64,000 nt of DNA, taken from assembly GCF_009914755.1 (NCBI RefSeq), contig NC_060935.1. One strand, given 5' to 3'. Origin of the DNA: the human T2T-CHM13v2.0 reference genome, Homo sapiens. Shown piece by piece: positions 35,776 through 56,303 of this stretch. Under the pieces are notes generated by a model, which worked only from the letters and a program-made list of their open reading frames with translations, was not told the origin of the DNA and ran no database searches. How positions within the stretch are numbered: position 1 is the first letter of the stretch; each line of letters begins with the position of its first letter. The position numbers and the translations under genes were made by a program.

Positions 35776-36100
35776 TTTTGTTTTTGTTTTGAGACAGGTG
35801 AGACAGGGTCTCTGTCGCCCAGGCTGGAGTGCAGTGGCACGATCGATCAGTGCTCCCTGCAGCCTCCACCTCCCTGGCTCAGGTGATCCTCCTGCTTCAA
35901 CCCCCTCTTCCCCCACCACCACTACAGTAGCTCGGACTACAGGTGTGCACCATTACACCCGACTAATTTTTTGTATTTTTAGTAGAGACCAGATTTTGCC
36001 ACATTGCCCAGGCTGGTCTCCAACTACTAGACCCAAGCGATCTGCCCACCTCGGCCTCCCAAAGTGCTGGAATTACAGGTGTGAGCCACCTCGCCCAGCC
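35776..36100 (-). mobile_element. AluJ
   Basis: Reverse-complement dimer in C11orf58 intron 1. Confidence 0.88.
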
Positions 36101-36190
36101 AGTACTTAAAAAAAAAATTTTTTTAACCATAAGTAATGCATTCATTAAAATACCTCCAAGCTGTTGCAGAAAAAAAAAAAAAAACTAGCA

Positions 36191-36497
<307 letters not shown>

Positions 36498-36935
36498 TTA
36501 TAATATATAGTTGGGAAACAGTTTCTAATGAGCATCCACGGTATGTGAGAGATCATTGAAGTTTTCTTATGCCCATTGACCTCACATCTAATTGAGGTAA
36601 CAAAACATTTTTTTACTATTAAAAGTAGATACTAAATCACAATACAACTCTAGAAAAACGCTAACAATGTAGGAGTAAATTCTAAGAGTCACCAGGTTAT
36701 GTATTGAGGAGGTAAATTGATTGCAGTTCTGTAGTAAAGGGTATTAAGGATGAAAACAACTTAAAAGTCGTTTCATTGGCTTGGAGTGGAGAAATGAAAG
36801 CTATCTTATAGGAAGTGGGAAGAGTGGGGAGGTAAATTTTAGTAACTGCTAAGGAACTCTCTTAAAATGTATAGTGCACCCACGTGCTTTTCAGAATGCA
36901 GCATTTGGGCAAGTACTCACTGTTGTACTTTAAGG

Positions 36936-37425
36936 CAGGGCTCTCCAACCCCTGGGCCACAGAACCAGGCTGCACAGCAGGACGTGAGCTGTGGGCCAGC
37001 CAGCAAAGCTTCATCTGTATTTACAGCCACTCCCCTTGGCTTGCATTACCACCTGAGCTCTGCCTCCTGTTGGCATTTGATTCTTATAAGAGCGTGAACC
37101 CTGGTGTGAACTGCACATGCGAGTGATCTAGGTTGCACACTCCTTATGAGAATCTAATGCCAGATGATCTGTCATTGTCTCCCATTACCCCCCAGATGGG
37201 ACTGTCTAGTTTTAGGAAAACAAGCTCAAAGCTTCCATTGAGTCTACATTATGGTGAGTTGTATAATTATTTCATTATAGATTACAGTGTAGTAATAATA
37301 GAAATAAAGTGCCCAATAAATGTAATGCACTTGAATCATCCTGAAACCATCACATCCTCCCTCTCAGTGGAAAAATTGTCTTCCACGAAACTGGTCCCTG
37401 ATGCCAGTCTGGTCCTGGAGTGCTG
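36936..37425 (+). mobile_element. MER1A (non-autonomous Charlie3 derivative)
   Basis: Matches both ends of the element at 44846-47717 with the centre missing; perfect 8-bp TSD ctttaagg (36928-36935, 37426-37433). Confidence 0.88.
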
Positions 37426-38202
37426 CTTTAAGGTCTTTGAAAAGAAGAACTGGCAGGACTTAATGTTATTTCCTTAAAACATTGGGATTAGAAGTTGTAG
37501 ATGACAGTTATTTATATAAACACTGAAAATGTTTTTTAATAGAAGCAGAATCAAGAAAGTTGGTTTTTACACAATTTTTTAACTTCTATACATTTTTATA
37601 ACTAGTTCATAGACCACTTTCATCTGTCTCATTTGATCATGGACAGTATGATGTGGAAAAAACACAGGATGGTCAGAGGATCAAAGGAAGTCACTTAGCC
37701 TCTCTGTGCCTCAGTGTCTTAAGACAGTCTTTTAAAAAGGCATCTCTTTATAGATAAGGAGTTAAAATTAAGTTAAATGTCAGATCCTGGCTTACAGAGC
37801 AAGTGATTTAGTGATTGTCAGAACTGAAGCTTCACCATTACTTTAACTATATTGAGCCAGAAATAGTTAAGAACTAAATGGCCCATAAAAATATATGAGG
37901 GGGGTCACATGGAAAAAAGTAGAGATTTGGAACTTAGGGAACCAAAATTATGAGAGCATATAAGCCCTTCCACTAATGAGAATTTAGAAGTGCAAATGGG
38001 TCCAGGTTGGTACAAATGCTTTAACTCTCATATGCCCAGGGGAAATAGTGGTTTTTTTAAATATTCTTTTAGTCTTTTACAAATAATTTTTAGAAATAAT
38101 AATGGGAGATAGTGCAAAACAACTTTATTAGGAATTTTAATGTGAATTTAACAATAGCAAACCGAAATTTATATTCTTTGTTTTCCTGATTTTGATGTAC
38201 AT

Positions 38203-38405
38203 ATAGTCATCCTTCAGTATGCTAAATGTGGGGGATTGGTTCCAGGACCCACCCACCTCTTTGGCAAATCTTGCATACTCAAGTTCTGCAGCCAGCCCTG
38301 TGGAACCTGAGAATAGGAAAAATCAGCCTTCCATATACTTGGGATGGATCTGCATTTGGTTGAAAAAAATCCACTTATAAGGGACCCTTGAAGTTCAAAC
38401 CTGTC
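38203..38405. mobile_element. MER2-like Tigger fragment
   Basis: agtcatccttcagtat...gggggattggttccaggaccc terminal motif. Confidence 0.65.
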
Positions 38406-39581
38406 TCGGATTTGCATCATCAAAATACAATACTTGAGGAATTTTTGAAACCTATTGCTTACAATTTTGTAATTGTCATCCTTGCTCCATAATTGCAAAA
38501 CATTTTTATTTTTAGATTATAAACTTAATTAGAATGATAAATTCGGTGAATATTTTTATTTCATTTTCCTTCCAGTCACCTTGTGTACACATCTGCCTTC
38601 ACCCTTTGTCCATTTGCAACCAAATCAAGTAAATTTTGATGCATAAACATTGTAAAAGATGAGATAAAACACTCACACCTCCTTTTAGAAAATGGGATGA
38701 TCCTGGCTCTTACTGTGAAATATTGCAAGATGAAGTCCTTCCTGCTGATGGCTCTCCCAGTGAGAGTACATTTCTTGTTTGTCTTTTTTTTCTTTTTCTT
38801 GTCAATTCTTGGGTGGGAGAAAAGCCTTCTAATATTTCCTCATCCAAAAACTCATAGTCTGAGATTTTTGCAGTTAATTTTATCATGATTAGTCTAGAAT
38901 ACGACTGCCTTTCATTTTGCATTCACCTTCTTCGTCTAATAATGATTAATGCCTTCTGTCAGTTTTTTCTCTTTGCCATTATGAATGGAAAATGAAAAAT
39001 TGTGAATTCCCATCGGTGTTCAGTGAAAGCTAAAAGTAGACAACAGGTATGATGTCTTGAAAGATGATGATGAAATACTTTGGACAATACAATGAGAAAA
39101 CTAATATCTTAAAAACTATTTAGTTATTTTTAGCATAGTTGAGAATAATGAATTATAAATAATGAATTATAAATAATGAACTATTAAAAACTATTAAAAA
39201 ACAACAGTTTTTACATTTGTTTCAAAATGTAGGGAAAAAATACGCTCACTAGGATTCCATCATATTTCTTAGATTTATAAGAGTTCAGTGGACTCATTTG
39301 ATAATTGCAAGATAGCATGAGTTTTAGTCTGTTCTTTTAAAAAATAAGTTTTCTCTTTGTTCTTTGGAAGACTTTTAAGAAAGAATAAAAGTAATGACAT
39401 CTCAATCCTAACAAGTAACTAGAACTGCTAAAAAAAAAAAAAAAAAGGCAACTGAAAAGTTAAAATTTTCTCTCTTAAAAGTTAGCTCACTGATAAAGGC
39501 AGAATTTTTAACTTCAACTAACAACTGTGGCTGCCATCTAAGTTCAGAGTACTAGGTGCTCTAGGACCCTACCCTGCGAGG

Positions 39582-39765
39582 CAGTGGGTCTCAAAGTGTG
39601 GTCCCCAGATAAATAGCATCAGCAATCATTTAAGAATTTGTTGAAATTCAAATCCTAGAGCTCCACCCCAGACCCGCTGAATCTCTGGGGCTGTAGCCCT
39701 GCAGTCTGTTTTAACAAGCCCTCTAGGTGACGCTGATAGAGGCAAACTTTTGAGACTCAGCTCTG
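39582..39765. mobile_element. MER5A-like hAT MITE
   Basis: cagtgggtctcaaagtgtggtcccc...ttttaacaagccctctaggtga. Confidence 0.7.
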
Positions 39766-39979
39766 GCTGTAGGAGAACTAAAGGATTCTGCTGTGAGGTA
39801 ATAGAAAAGGAGTAAATTTGAATGTGATGAATATGCTTAACTTCCTAAGCAAGAAAAATGAACGCTGTTTATAGTTACAACTGACAGGGGAAAAAAACTT
39901 GAGAGTTACAGGTAGACTTTAGATTTCGTAATACTTATTTTTATGCAAAAAAAATTTAATCAACCAATTTTTTTTCTAG

Positions 39980-40099
<120 letters not shown>

Positions 40100-40504
40100 T
40101 GAAAATATTGCCATTTTTATGTATGCTAAGTAAGAAGGACTGAATATACTTGGATTCCATTTTCCTGTTCTGTGTGATTTCTTTTGGCTTTGGGAAATAC
40201 ATGTGGCCTAACCAAGCACATAAAATTTATATTATTTTTGAGCCACTTCTAGGATTCTCTGTCCGTATAGTTTGAAGACTGTACAGAGAAAAATTTGGTT
40301 CAAGGAGGCTGTATAGGAGAAAAGAGATGTCAAAGTTTATGATTTGCCATATGTTGGCCCAGTGGTTTGATAGAATATATTTCTTCTGGGTAGGTTATCT
40401 TGTGGGAACCTCTGGCCAAAGTGAAAAGGCTGTCATATTTTATAGCTCCCTCCAGCCCTTGAAGTAGTAACCAGAGGAATATCCTTTATCAAAAACTTAA
40501 TTTT

Positions 40505-40578
40505 AAGACTACACTTTCAGAGATTATTTCTATAGTTTGTTACTAGATAGAGAAGTTTCTCTGAATGTGTAGAACACC
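40505..40578 (+). pseudogene. 3'-truncated U3 snoRNA (SNORD3) retro-pseudogene, U3 nt ~1-70
   Basis: aagactacactttcagagattatttctatagtttgttactag(atag)agaagtttctctgaatgtgtagaacacc matches the U3 5' end; flanked by TSD aaaaacttaatttt (40491-40504) / aaaaccttaatttt (40589-40602). Confidence 0.9.
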
Positions 40579-40660
40579 AGGGGGAAAGAAAACCTTAATT
40601 TTAAAAATGTTCAAGATACTTTGAAATGCCTGTCAGTTTGGTTAACGTTAATAGAAGGTA

Positions 40661-41074
40661 CAGTTGACCCTTGAGCAATGTGGGGGTTAGGGGTGCTGGT
40701 TCTGCAGGCAGTCAGAAGTTTGCATATAACTTTTGACTCCCCAACAACTTAACTACTAATAGCCTACTGTTGACTGGAAGTCTTACTGATAACATAATTA
40801 TCAGTTAACACATATTTTGGGTGTTAAATGTATTATATCCTGTATTCTTACAATAAAGAAAAGGAAATGTTATCAAGAAAATTATAAGGAAGAGAAAATA
40901 ATTGACTCTTCATTAATTGGAAGTGGATTATCATAAAGGTCTTCATCTTCATAGTTTTCATGTTGAGTGGGCTGAAAAGGAGGGATTGTCTTACTGTCTG
41001 GGAGTGGCAGAGGCAGAAGTATATTCAAGTATAAGTGGATCCACACAGTTTAATCCTGTGTTCAGGGTCAACTA
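40661..41074. mobile_element. Tigger2a-like TcMar-Tigger element
   Basis: TIRs cagttgaccctt... / ...cagggtcaacta with flanking TA dinucleotides. Confidence 0.8.
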
Positions 41075-41730
41075 TATAAAACAAGTGCCAGGAAAATATC
41101 TATTGTAAAAACCTTTCTTTATCCTAGCAGTTTATACAGGGATCTCTAGATACTTAGTTTTTGTAAGCAAGTAAATTTATTTTCCTAACATTGTCCTAAC
41201 AGACTTCCTACAAACTAAATTGAAAAGAAATAGGAAAGCTTTTTTTCTCTTTTTTTAAGCACATTAAAATGAAATTCTGCTCTTTGTTTTGTTATGCACA
41301 TGGGAATACATTCATTCATTTTCCCAACAATTACAGACTACCTACTACTGTGCTGGATCCTGGGTGGTCATATAGATCAATAATACATGTTTGAAGCTAT
41401 TATGTAATGGAGGAAACCAGATAATAGCAATACAGAATTGTAATTGCTGTGAGAAAGCCATGCACATAGTGCTGTGGAATCACAGAGGGCAGCTAACTCT
41501 GGTTTAGCAGTGCAAGAAAGCTTCCCCAAAATAGAATTGATCTGAATCTCAAAGGATGAGAAGGAGTTAGCCAGACTACAACAGTAGGTTTGGGGATAGG
41601 AAGAGGTCATGTAAAACACTGAGACCTATTTAAATAAAGCATTTGTATAATATCTCATTAATCGAGATTTCCCAATTTGTAATTTGTCATAGAAAATAGT
41701 CTGCAATTTCTCTTGTTTCATGCAAATATA

Positions 41731-41914
41731 TTAAGTCCTCACTTAACATCCCTTGTGGTTCTTGGAAACTAACCTTTGGCAAACTGACAATAAAGTTGTT
41801 TCACTGTAACACTGATAAGGAGGAAAATTGTTTTCATTATAGGTTGTTTCAACTAAAATCAGTTAAAATCGAAGTTTCCAAGAACCTATCATTGAAAATT
41901 AAGTGAGGACTTAA
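41731..41914. mobile_element. MER6-like TcMar-Tigger MITE
   Basis: Perfect 16-bp inverted repeat ttaagtcctcacttaa (41731-41746) / ttaagtgaggacttaa (41899-41914). Confidence 0.7.
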
Positions 41915-42073
41915 AAGATTTGTTAAGGATATGTAAGGTAAGTGTTAGTTTAGGGGCCATATTCAACTTAGTAGAATGAAACTTATTCAAGTACTTAGGA
42001 AGAACATCCTAATATAAAATATATGGAAGTTGACTAACTAGTAAATAGGTTGTTCAGCATAGATTAAATTCTC

Positions 42074-42313
42074 TTTTTTTTGTTGTTGTTGTTTTGAGAC
42101 AGTCTCACTGCAACCTCTGCCTCCCGGGTTCAAGCAGTTCTCTGCCTCAGCCTCCCAAGTAGCTGGGATTACAGGCACCTGCCACCATGACTGGCTAATT
42201 TTTGTATTTTTAGTAGAGTCAGGGCTTCACCGTTTGAACTCCTGACCTCGTGATCCACCCTCCTTTGCCTCCCAAAGTGCTGGGATTACAGGCATGAGCC
42301 ACTGCGCCTGGCC
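42074..42313 (-). mobile_element. AluS with internal deletions
   Basis: TSD catagattaaattct on both sides. Confidence 0.88.
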
Positions 42314-43475
42314 CATAGATTAAATTCTTTGTGAGGCCAAGATTGTAGCTTTGATCTTCATATGGGGTGTTTAGAGGTATTCCATTTTGTGGCCACAAAG
42401 TATATTTGTAATCCTAGCCGGCTATCATGAATATTTTATTGGTCACAGGAAGAACCAGCTAAGAACATATGAATAGATCAGTGCAATACTGTCATCATCC
42501 TGGAATAACTTGATGCTGTTATATTAAAATCTTGTTAATGGCTGTCAGTTTTGCAACCTAAACTAGTAACACACTGAATTATTGATTTGCTTATGTGTTA
42601 ATGGCACATAAAGCAATGAGCATTAACACTTGAAGTTTTTCGGTAGTATCATTTTTGTGTATGGAGACTGTATCTGCCATTTTTTCACAATAGGAAGGTT
42701 TGTTACTGTATCTTCACAGATGATTGGTTAAGATTGCTTTCCAAAGTCACATTTATTCTCACCTTCACATGGTGTTTTAATGAGCACTTATGAAACTAAA
42801 TATGAACCATAAAGAGTGGATTGGACTGATTAAATTGAGAGTAATTATGCAGTTTAATCAGTTGGTAATATTGAATCATATGTATTTTTATGTTTAGAGT
42901 ACAGGATTGTTTTAAATTGTTCTTTTTGACAAGTTGAGATTAGTAGTTTATTGTCAAATAGTAAAGAGATAGCTAATGATTGTGATATACTGTAATAAGA
43001 TCTATCACTTTATATGATACATTATAAGTTTCAATTATTTCATTTTTGTCAGGCTAAATCTCATTTGCTTTCTCTCCATGAGATATACTTGAGGCAGCAG
43101 AAAGAGCAGGTGGGAAGTTAAAGCAACTCATTTAACTGGCCTTTAGGAAAGAAAATGTTTAGATTGACTCAATTTTCTAGTTATCTATTCATCTTATTTA
43201 AAATTCCAACCTGCTCTACTCCTTACTCAGGTCTGTTTTGTTTTAATCACACTTAGTACTTTCTAACATAGTATAAATAGTGATTACGTTTGCCTGTCTC
43301 CCTTCCCCATTCCTACCCTTGCTAGAATGTAAGGTCCTTAAAGGCAGAGATTCTAATTTAATCTTTTGTCTTCACTGTGTCCCAGAAGCCTAGAATAGTT
43401 TTCAGCACATAGTAGATACCCAATAAGGTTAAATTAGTGGTCTCAAATGCTAATACATTTTCAACCTTCTTATAG

Positions 43476-43536
43476 AAAGAACATACTGGTCGTCTTGTTA
43501 TAGGAGATCACAAATCAACATCTCACTTCCGAACCG
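43476..43536 (+). CDS. C11orf58: C11orf58 exon 3 (KEHTGRLVIGDHKSTSHFRT-G)
   Basis: Acceptor ccttcttatag|A, donor CCG|gtaaga; 61 nt, phase 0-1, frame continuous with exons 2 and 4. Confidence 0.95.
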
Positions 43537-43658
43537 GTAAGAAAGTAAAGTGTAATTAAAATGGAAGTGCTAAATTCAGAATATGAAGTATGTGTTCATG
43601 TTTCAGGATATTCTACTTTGGCATGTAATTGTGTAAATTATTAAAATATTATAATTAG

Positions 43659-44135
<477 letters not shown>

Positions 44136-44845
44136 TTAGAAATGTATAATAGGTAAACATGTTACATATATAAAGTATCAATTATCATGTACTTTGATTT
44201 TTAAAAGATGAGAGAGTATATGTCATTATGATATTCTAACCAAGAAACTAACCTTTTTCTGTCTCCATTTTTACTGATTCAGAACATATATTTTAATTGT
44301 AGTGAGGTTTTATGCCTCAACTTGTTAACTCTGGTATGTACAGAATTTTTGTTCTTTGTATATTAGCATATAATGTCATAGTTGGCATTTGGTTTTGTGT
44401 ATTCACTAAATTTTGTTTTAAAATCTTTGAAGAATATAAACTAGTTGCAGGGCCTAAAGAAATAAGCTTTTAAAATAATTTTAGGGAAGAACATTTTTAA
44501 ATAAAAACTGAAAATGAATTTGGGTATTTGGTGTGCTGAAAAGTGAAATTTTTGCCTATTTAAAACTGACCCTAATCTTGGACATTAGTAATAAAAGGCA
44601 CATATTAATAAAAGACACATTGACCTAGATTATGTTTAACAAAACTTTAAGTTATTTAAATTATGCTAACACAGCATATGTAGCACATTTTAGAAATTCA
44701 TAGATCTTTTATTTTTCTAGTGTTAAACAATTACTTCAAATTGATTTGTATTGCTACATAAGGCAAAAAACAATTCCTGAACTTTGCAGAATGGAAAAAT
44801 ATTTCAACTGCCACATTTACTCTTTTAAAACTGAGAGCTTTAAAG

Positions 44846-47717
<2,872 letters not shown>

Positions 47718-48141
47718 CTTTAAACTTTTAAGTTGCTCTGATAAACTTGATAAGCAAAGAAAGGCATAAAGAAGAGTCAGTACATGACCATTTTATTTAG
47801 CCATTTGCTGAACAGAAGTGCCTAGCTTTTTTCACTGTTTTTGTTCAAAGATAGATAATTCTGTTTGTTAGAGAGTTTTTATTAGGTGACTAGAAAAAAA
47901 TCTTTCAGGATAACATCTACTTATTATAAGTAAGCTAAAACATTTAATACCCAAAGTGCTTAGTAATAAATATTTATGCTATCTCAACATCAGGCATTTT
48001 ATTTTCTATTAGGTAACCACCTATGGCATAAATTCTCAAAAGTCATAGTAAAATTAGTCACAATTAGATAAATCAGCCCTGAGTATAATAGCATCTGTAT
48101 TATGGGTTTTTGTGTAAATTATTAATTTGACTGAAACATAA

Positions 48142-48303
<162 letters not shown>

Positions 48304-48481
48304 TAATTAGTTTTCAATTTGGTACCATTTATTGCTGTTAGATTACCCTAGCAATCAAGAATCCCATGTAGAAAGCTTTCTGTATGTAGTTATCTTAAAA
48401 ATAATTTTGTATATGCCCTACTGGTCTTGTAGATAATCAGGAGAGATGTTTCTAAGGATTTTGTGTGGGGTTGTTTTTTCC

Positions 48482-50090
<1,609 letters not shown>

Positions 50091-50249
50091 AGACAGAGCT
50101 CTTTCTTAAAATTCTACTCAAGTCTTAAAGCTGTTGTTCTAATGGCTACAAAGTAGAGTGTTTCTAAGACCGACAGAACTTACGGTCTTTCTCAGATTTT
50201 GTATGGGCTAATGTTTATTTTTAAAAGAGCCTGTTGATTGATGTTTTAG

Positions 50250-50483
<234 letters not shown>

Positions 50484-51275
50484 CTCCCAAACGCTTAGTC
50501 TTTGTATTAAAAGTAAGCCTTATTGTTACAATGCACAGTGGAGGACTGCTTATAGAGCACAGACCTTTGTATTATAATTTTTAAAAAGGCCCTTTTAAAT
50601 AATTACAAAGAGTGTTTGCTTTCAAATGCCATGGGTTACACTTTTATGGGCATGACTATAACCATTTTTGTAAAGAGTAAGAGTTGTATAAAATAAGAAA
50701 TAAATACAGTACTCAACTTCCTTTCATATTAGCATCATCAACCCTCTAATTCACCTTATGGGGGAAATGCTTCTTTTTGTTTGTGATAGCTATTTTATCA
50801 TTTCCTTCATATTTTTCTCTTATAAAAATGTATTTGATACTGTGATATGTTCACGAAAAGTATTCTTTAATTATTCTTTGTTATAGTAGAGCTGTTCATT
50901 ATGGATATTTCTGCTGCCAGTCACAATCTAAATTAATTTTGGCAAAAGATTGGGTACTTAGTTTCCTGTTACTGAGTTAGCTCTACTCTTTTGGACCAAA
51001 GCAACATGAGAGCAAGTACTTTTCACACTTGTTAAGATGGAGTTATAACTGTCATACATTTGGAATATTATGATCCCAAGTAGTCTTTTTATAATTTGGA
51101 TTGTATCGTATGTTAGATTTTTGATAAAATTTGGCCAATTTTTACAGAAGAAATTCTCTGATCATTTAGTTCTATCTATTTAGAAATATGTAAAACTGGA
51201 TTTTTTTTTAAGTAATATGTGACCAAAGTTAATTTTGTCCCAAAGGTCTAAATAAAGAGCAGTTTCCCATATTTG
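50484..51275 (+). other. C11orf58: C11orf58 proximal 3'UTR
   Basis: Repeat-free AT-rich sequence after the stop, with AATAAA at 50699-50704 and 51251-51256; exact end inferred. Confidence 0.7.
51251..51256 (+). terminator. Candidate polyadenylation signal AATAAA (others at 50699, 53336, 53464)
   Basis: Canonical hexamer followed ~15-25 nt later by a T/GT-rich tract (atttggctgtgat). Confidence 0.6.
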
Positions 51276-51553
51276 GCTGTGATACCTTTATCCTCATTAT
51301 CTACAAATGAGGAACAGGCTTACTGATAAGAAGCTGAAACAAGAAATTCTCTTCATTTTATCCCAGTGCTATTTTATTGATTAATTACTAAAAAGTATTA
51401 CTTTCTAATTTTATTGCTGTTTCTGTTGGTGTGAGATTAGAATCATCTGACTGCTATTAGGTGGTTGATTTGTATAGCTGATTAACACAAATTGCATTAT
51501 GAGCTAGTAAATGGATCTTTGGATAATGGGGTCCAAATTCTTAATGTTTATAA

Positions 51554-51947
<394 letters not shown>

Positions 51948-52006
51948 TTGGAGTGTTGGAATTTTTAAAAATTATTCTTATGTCACTTTGAAATGTAGAA
52001 CGTGTT

Positions 52007-52306
<300 letters not shown>

Positions 52307-54322
52307 ATTTAGAATGTGTTAGAGAAATTTAACAAGTAGAACAGGTGATTTCTGGTTGATAGACTCTATCTTGCAGTATATTTATTTCATGTATCAGACC
52401 CCAAAGTTGTTGCCTTGTTATTTTTTTAATTTCTCACATTTTTGAAAAATAGATGCTATCCTCTATAGTAAAATATTGAATCACTTTATAGTAGACAATA
52501 CATATGACATTTAACAAATACTTGGTTTGAAAAAGTTTGGCTTTATTCAACAATTTTAGTTTGCCCACTGATTTTCAAATGTCTGTGGGATTGCTTATAA
52601 CTAAGTAGAAAGTGAAGACTGATTTTTACTTAAGAATGGGATAGAGATGAGTTTTATGGTTTTTAAAAGTATTTTCAGTTCATTATTTAAATGTTGGGTT
52701 GTTGATATGGTCTTGTTTCTGATAAGGAAATAGGAGCAACTTGTTTTAAAATAACTACACTAAAAGACTTTCTTCATCTCCGTATAGAGAAATCCAGATT
52801 TCAATTAATTCATTTATTGGGTGCTAACAAAATTCAGGGTTAGAGTAAATTTAGGTCTGTTGGTCCATGTGGCCTGGTTTCCTAGCACCCATTAAACATA
52901 ATGCTATCTTTTAAGCCTGAACATGTGGGTTTTTTAAATCAAATTGGAAAAAAATTAGACAACTGATGTCATGCTGTCTTGGTATCCATACTAAAAAAGT
53001 ATCAGGAAAATAGATTATTTTTGTGCTGTGAAACACTATTCAGTGGAAAGTTTAGTGGCAACTTTTCCATATCATTCATGACTTAATACCTGAAATGCAC
53101 TTTTAAATGTTTGCCTTATATCCAAGTGTTTACTTGTATCCATGACCTAACCGTCTATTGAAAAGAATGTTTGCAGATGCAGATTGCAATGTTGTTTGTA
53201 TTCATAGGCAAAAGTCCTCTTCTCTAGTATAATTTTTTAAATCTGAGAGAATTGAAGGTACAGAAAAAAATTCTGGAGTGCCTGAACCACAGTTTGAGAG
53301 CACAAAGGTCACATTCTTTCAGTAAATTTGGGGGAAATAAATTTCAGCTACCTGGTTAGCTTCAGTGACTACTTACACACAGGGCTTTGGTTCCATTACT
53401 TGTTTCCACCACAGCCACATCCTAAATACTTGGAATATCCGAAAACAACTTCTAAAATCACTCAATAAAAGTATTCACTTCTAACCAACTCCTCCTCCTT
53501 TATACCTGCTCTGTGTTAGGGCGTAGTCTGTTTCCACCTCTGTAAGTCCTATCTAGGCTTCCTGATCTATCAATTCAGTATCATGATTGTTAACCCAAAC
53601 GACTTCCTGGAAAATTCCCAGCCCTAGATGTATCCAAGCCCTCCTACCCTCACCAGTTATTTCTGGAGAAAGATCACCAAATGTATAAATCCGTATTAGT
53701 AAAAATTGGTTTTAACTGACCTCAGCACTGCCCATTACCCTTATTTTCTCTAGTCGGTTCTCCATTCTTACTATGTAAAACTTATACTCTGAAACTTGTT
53801 ACCCTCTTTTTTTCCTTCACTCTTAACATGTCCTTGCCTTCTATCTTACATAAAAATAGAGACCTTCAGGCACAAATTCCCTGAACTTCACTTACTAAAT
53901 CCACAGCCATGGACAAGATTCTGTGCTCTAGGTTGTGACATCCCAACTCTACCACAGGGCTAAACTCGGTGACCTTGAGCATAAGTTGATCTCTCTGGGT
54001 CTCCTTTCTGGGTAAGTAAAATGAGGATAGTAACAGTAACCCCCTTTGCATAGTTAGTTATTGTGAGACTTAGGTAAAATGAACAAAAAGCTTAGTGCAT
54101 AGATAAGTGATCAGTAAGTGCTGGCTCCTGGTTCCCACCACCCCCTCTGCCGCCCCGAGATGGGGTCCTGCTCTGTCACCCAAGCTGGAGTTCAGCAGCA
54201 TGATCATGGTCATGGCTCACTGCAGCTTTAACTTCAACGGGCTCAAGCCCCTCCCACCTCAGCCTCCTGAGTAGCTGGGACCACAGGTGTGTGCCACCAC
54301 ACCTGGCTAATTTTTTAATTAA

Positions 54323-54508
<186 letters not shown>

Positions 54509-55461
54509 TAATCTGTGACCCTTTTCTTTTGGCATTTGTTCAAGTATTTCATATCTTTTTAAGCAAGTTGCTCCTAGGTACCACCTATGTTTGGTGTAAT
54601 TCTCTCATCTATATCTAATTTTAGTAACTTTTCTATTACTGCCTCTATTTCTTACTTCCATCCCCTCCCTCCTCAATCCACTCCAGTGTGGCTCCTACCC
54701 ACCCTAGACACAAGAGCACTGAAAACTTTAATCAAATCAATTATTGACATTTTCCTAAAACATAAGTACTTGTAAATTCTTCCCTTGACCTGTTAGCAGT
54801 ACTTAGCATTGTTAACCAGTAGGATGTACGTGCTTAGTACATGAAGGGGTTCGGTAGATAATTTCCCAATCCTGTACATCCATATGTATTTGTTCCTAAA
54901 TTGATCTGCCTTAAGACAACTACCTCTTATTTCACAGCCTTTCTCCCACTAGAGGAAAGGCAATACCTCTCAGCCATGCCAGACCTACTGTGTTTAATTG
55001 TCCCAGGGAATAAAATATTTCATGGGTCCAAACAAAGGGACAATTTGAAACATTCATGTTTATGTTGAGGCCTGAATGACTCCCTTTGCAAGTCAGATGG
55101 TTTCTGTCATCTGTCAGATGCCCTCAATGAAACTAGCAGACAAGTGAATTGTCAGCTAATTTATTAAAAATAAATTTTGATGCAAGATCACTATGATTTT
55201 TGGCCTAAGAGTTCAGAAGATTGACATTCCTAAAACCTATTATTGACTTTTTATCATGTGAGCAAAGTTTCTCAGTGCTTTCATCTATAAAAATAGAAAA
55301 TGGACGGACGTTTTCTACTTTAGGAACTCCAGTTATGTGCATGTGTCATTTCCTATCTCTATGTTATTTTTCTTTATGATTCCTCTTCCTTATTTCCCTT
55401 ATCATGATTCAAACACTGTATACCCCATCATTCCCACTTTCATTTTTGCGGTTATTTTTGA

Positions 55462-55854
<393 letters not shown>

Positions 55855-56147
55855 TAATTAAGATATTAAAGTCATTGTAAAATATTTAATCATAATTTTC
55901 AAATATTTGAAGCAGTATTTTTCTGGAGAGTGTTTTTCATCTGCCATTTATTTTTCTCTCTATTATATCCTTATACAGAGCTTTTGCTAGCTTTTGTTTT
56001 TTTAATTGTCTGATCAACTGCAAGTATTTATTGAGCACCTGCTATGTGCCAGGCAGTCTTAGGCACTGGGAGTACAACAGCAAACAAAATCAGACCCTGC
56101 TTTAATAAAGCTTAGACTCTAGTGGAGGGGAGACACAATAAACACTT

Positions 56148-56303
56148 CATATATATATACATACACACACATACACACACACACGTTATATATATAATAT
56201 ATATAATAACGTGTTATATATAACATCTATTATATATGTATTATATATATGTTATATAATACATATATAATATATATATAATGTATATATTATGTATATA
56301 TAC
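56148..56303. repeat. (TA)n/(CA)n low-complexity tract
   Basis: Directly visible. Confidence 0.9.
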
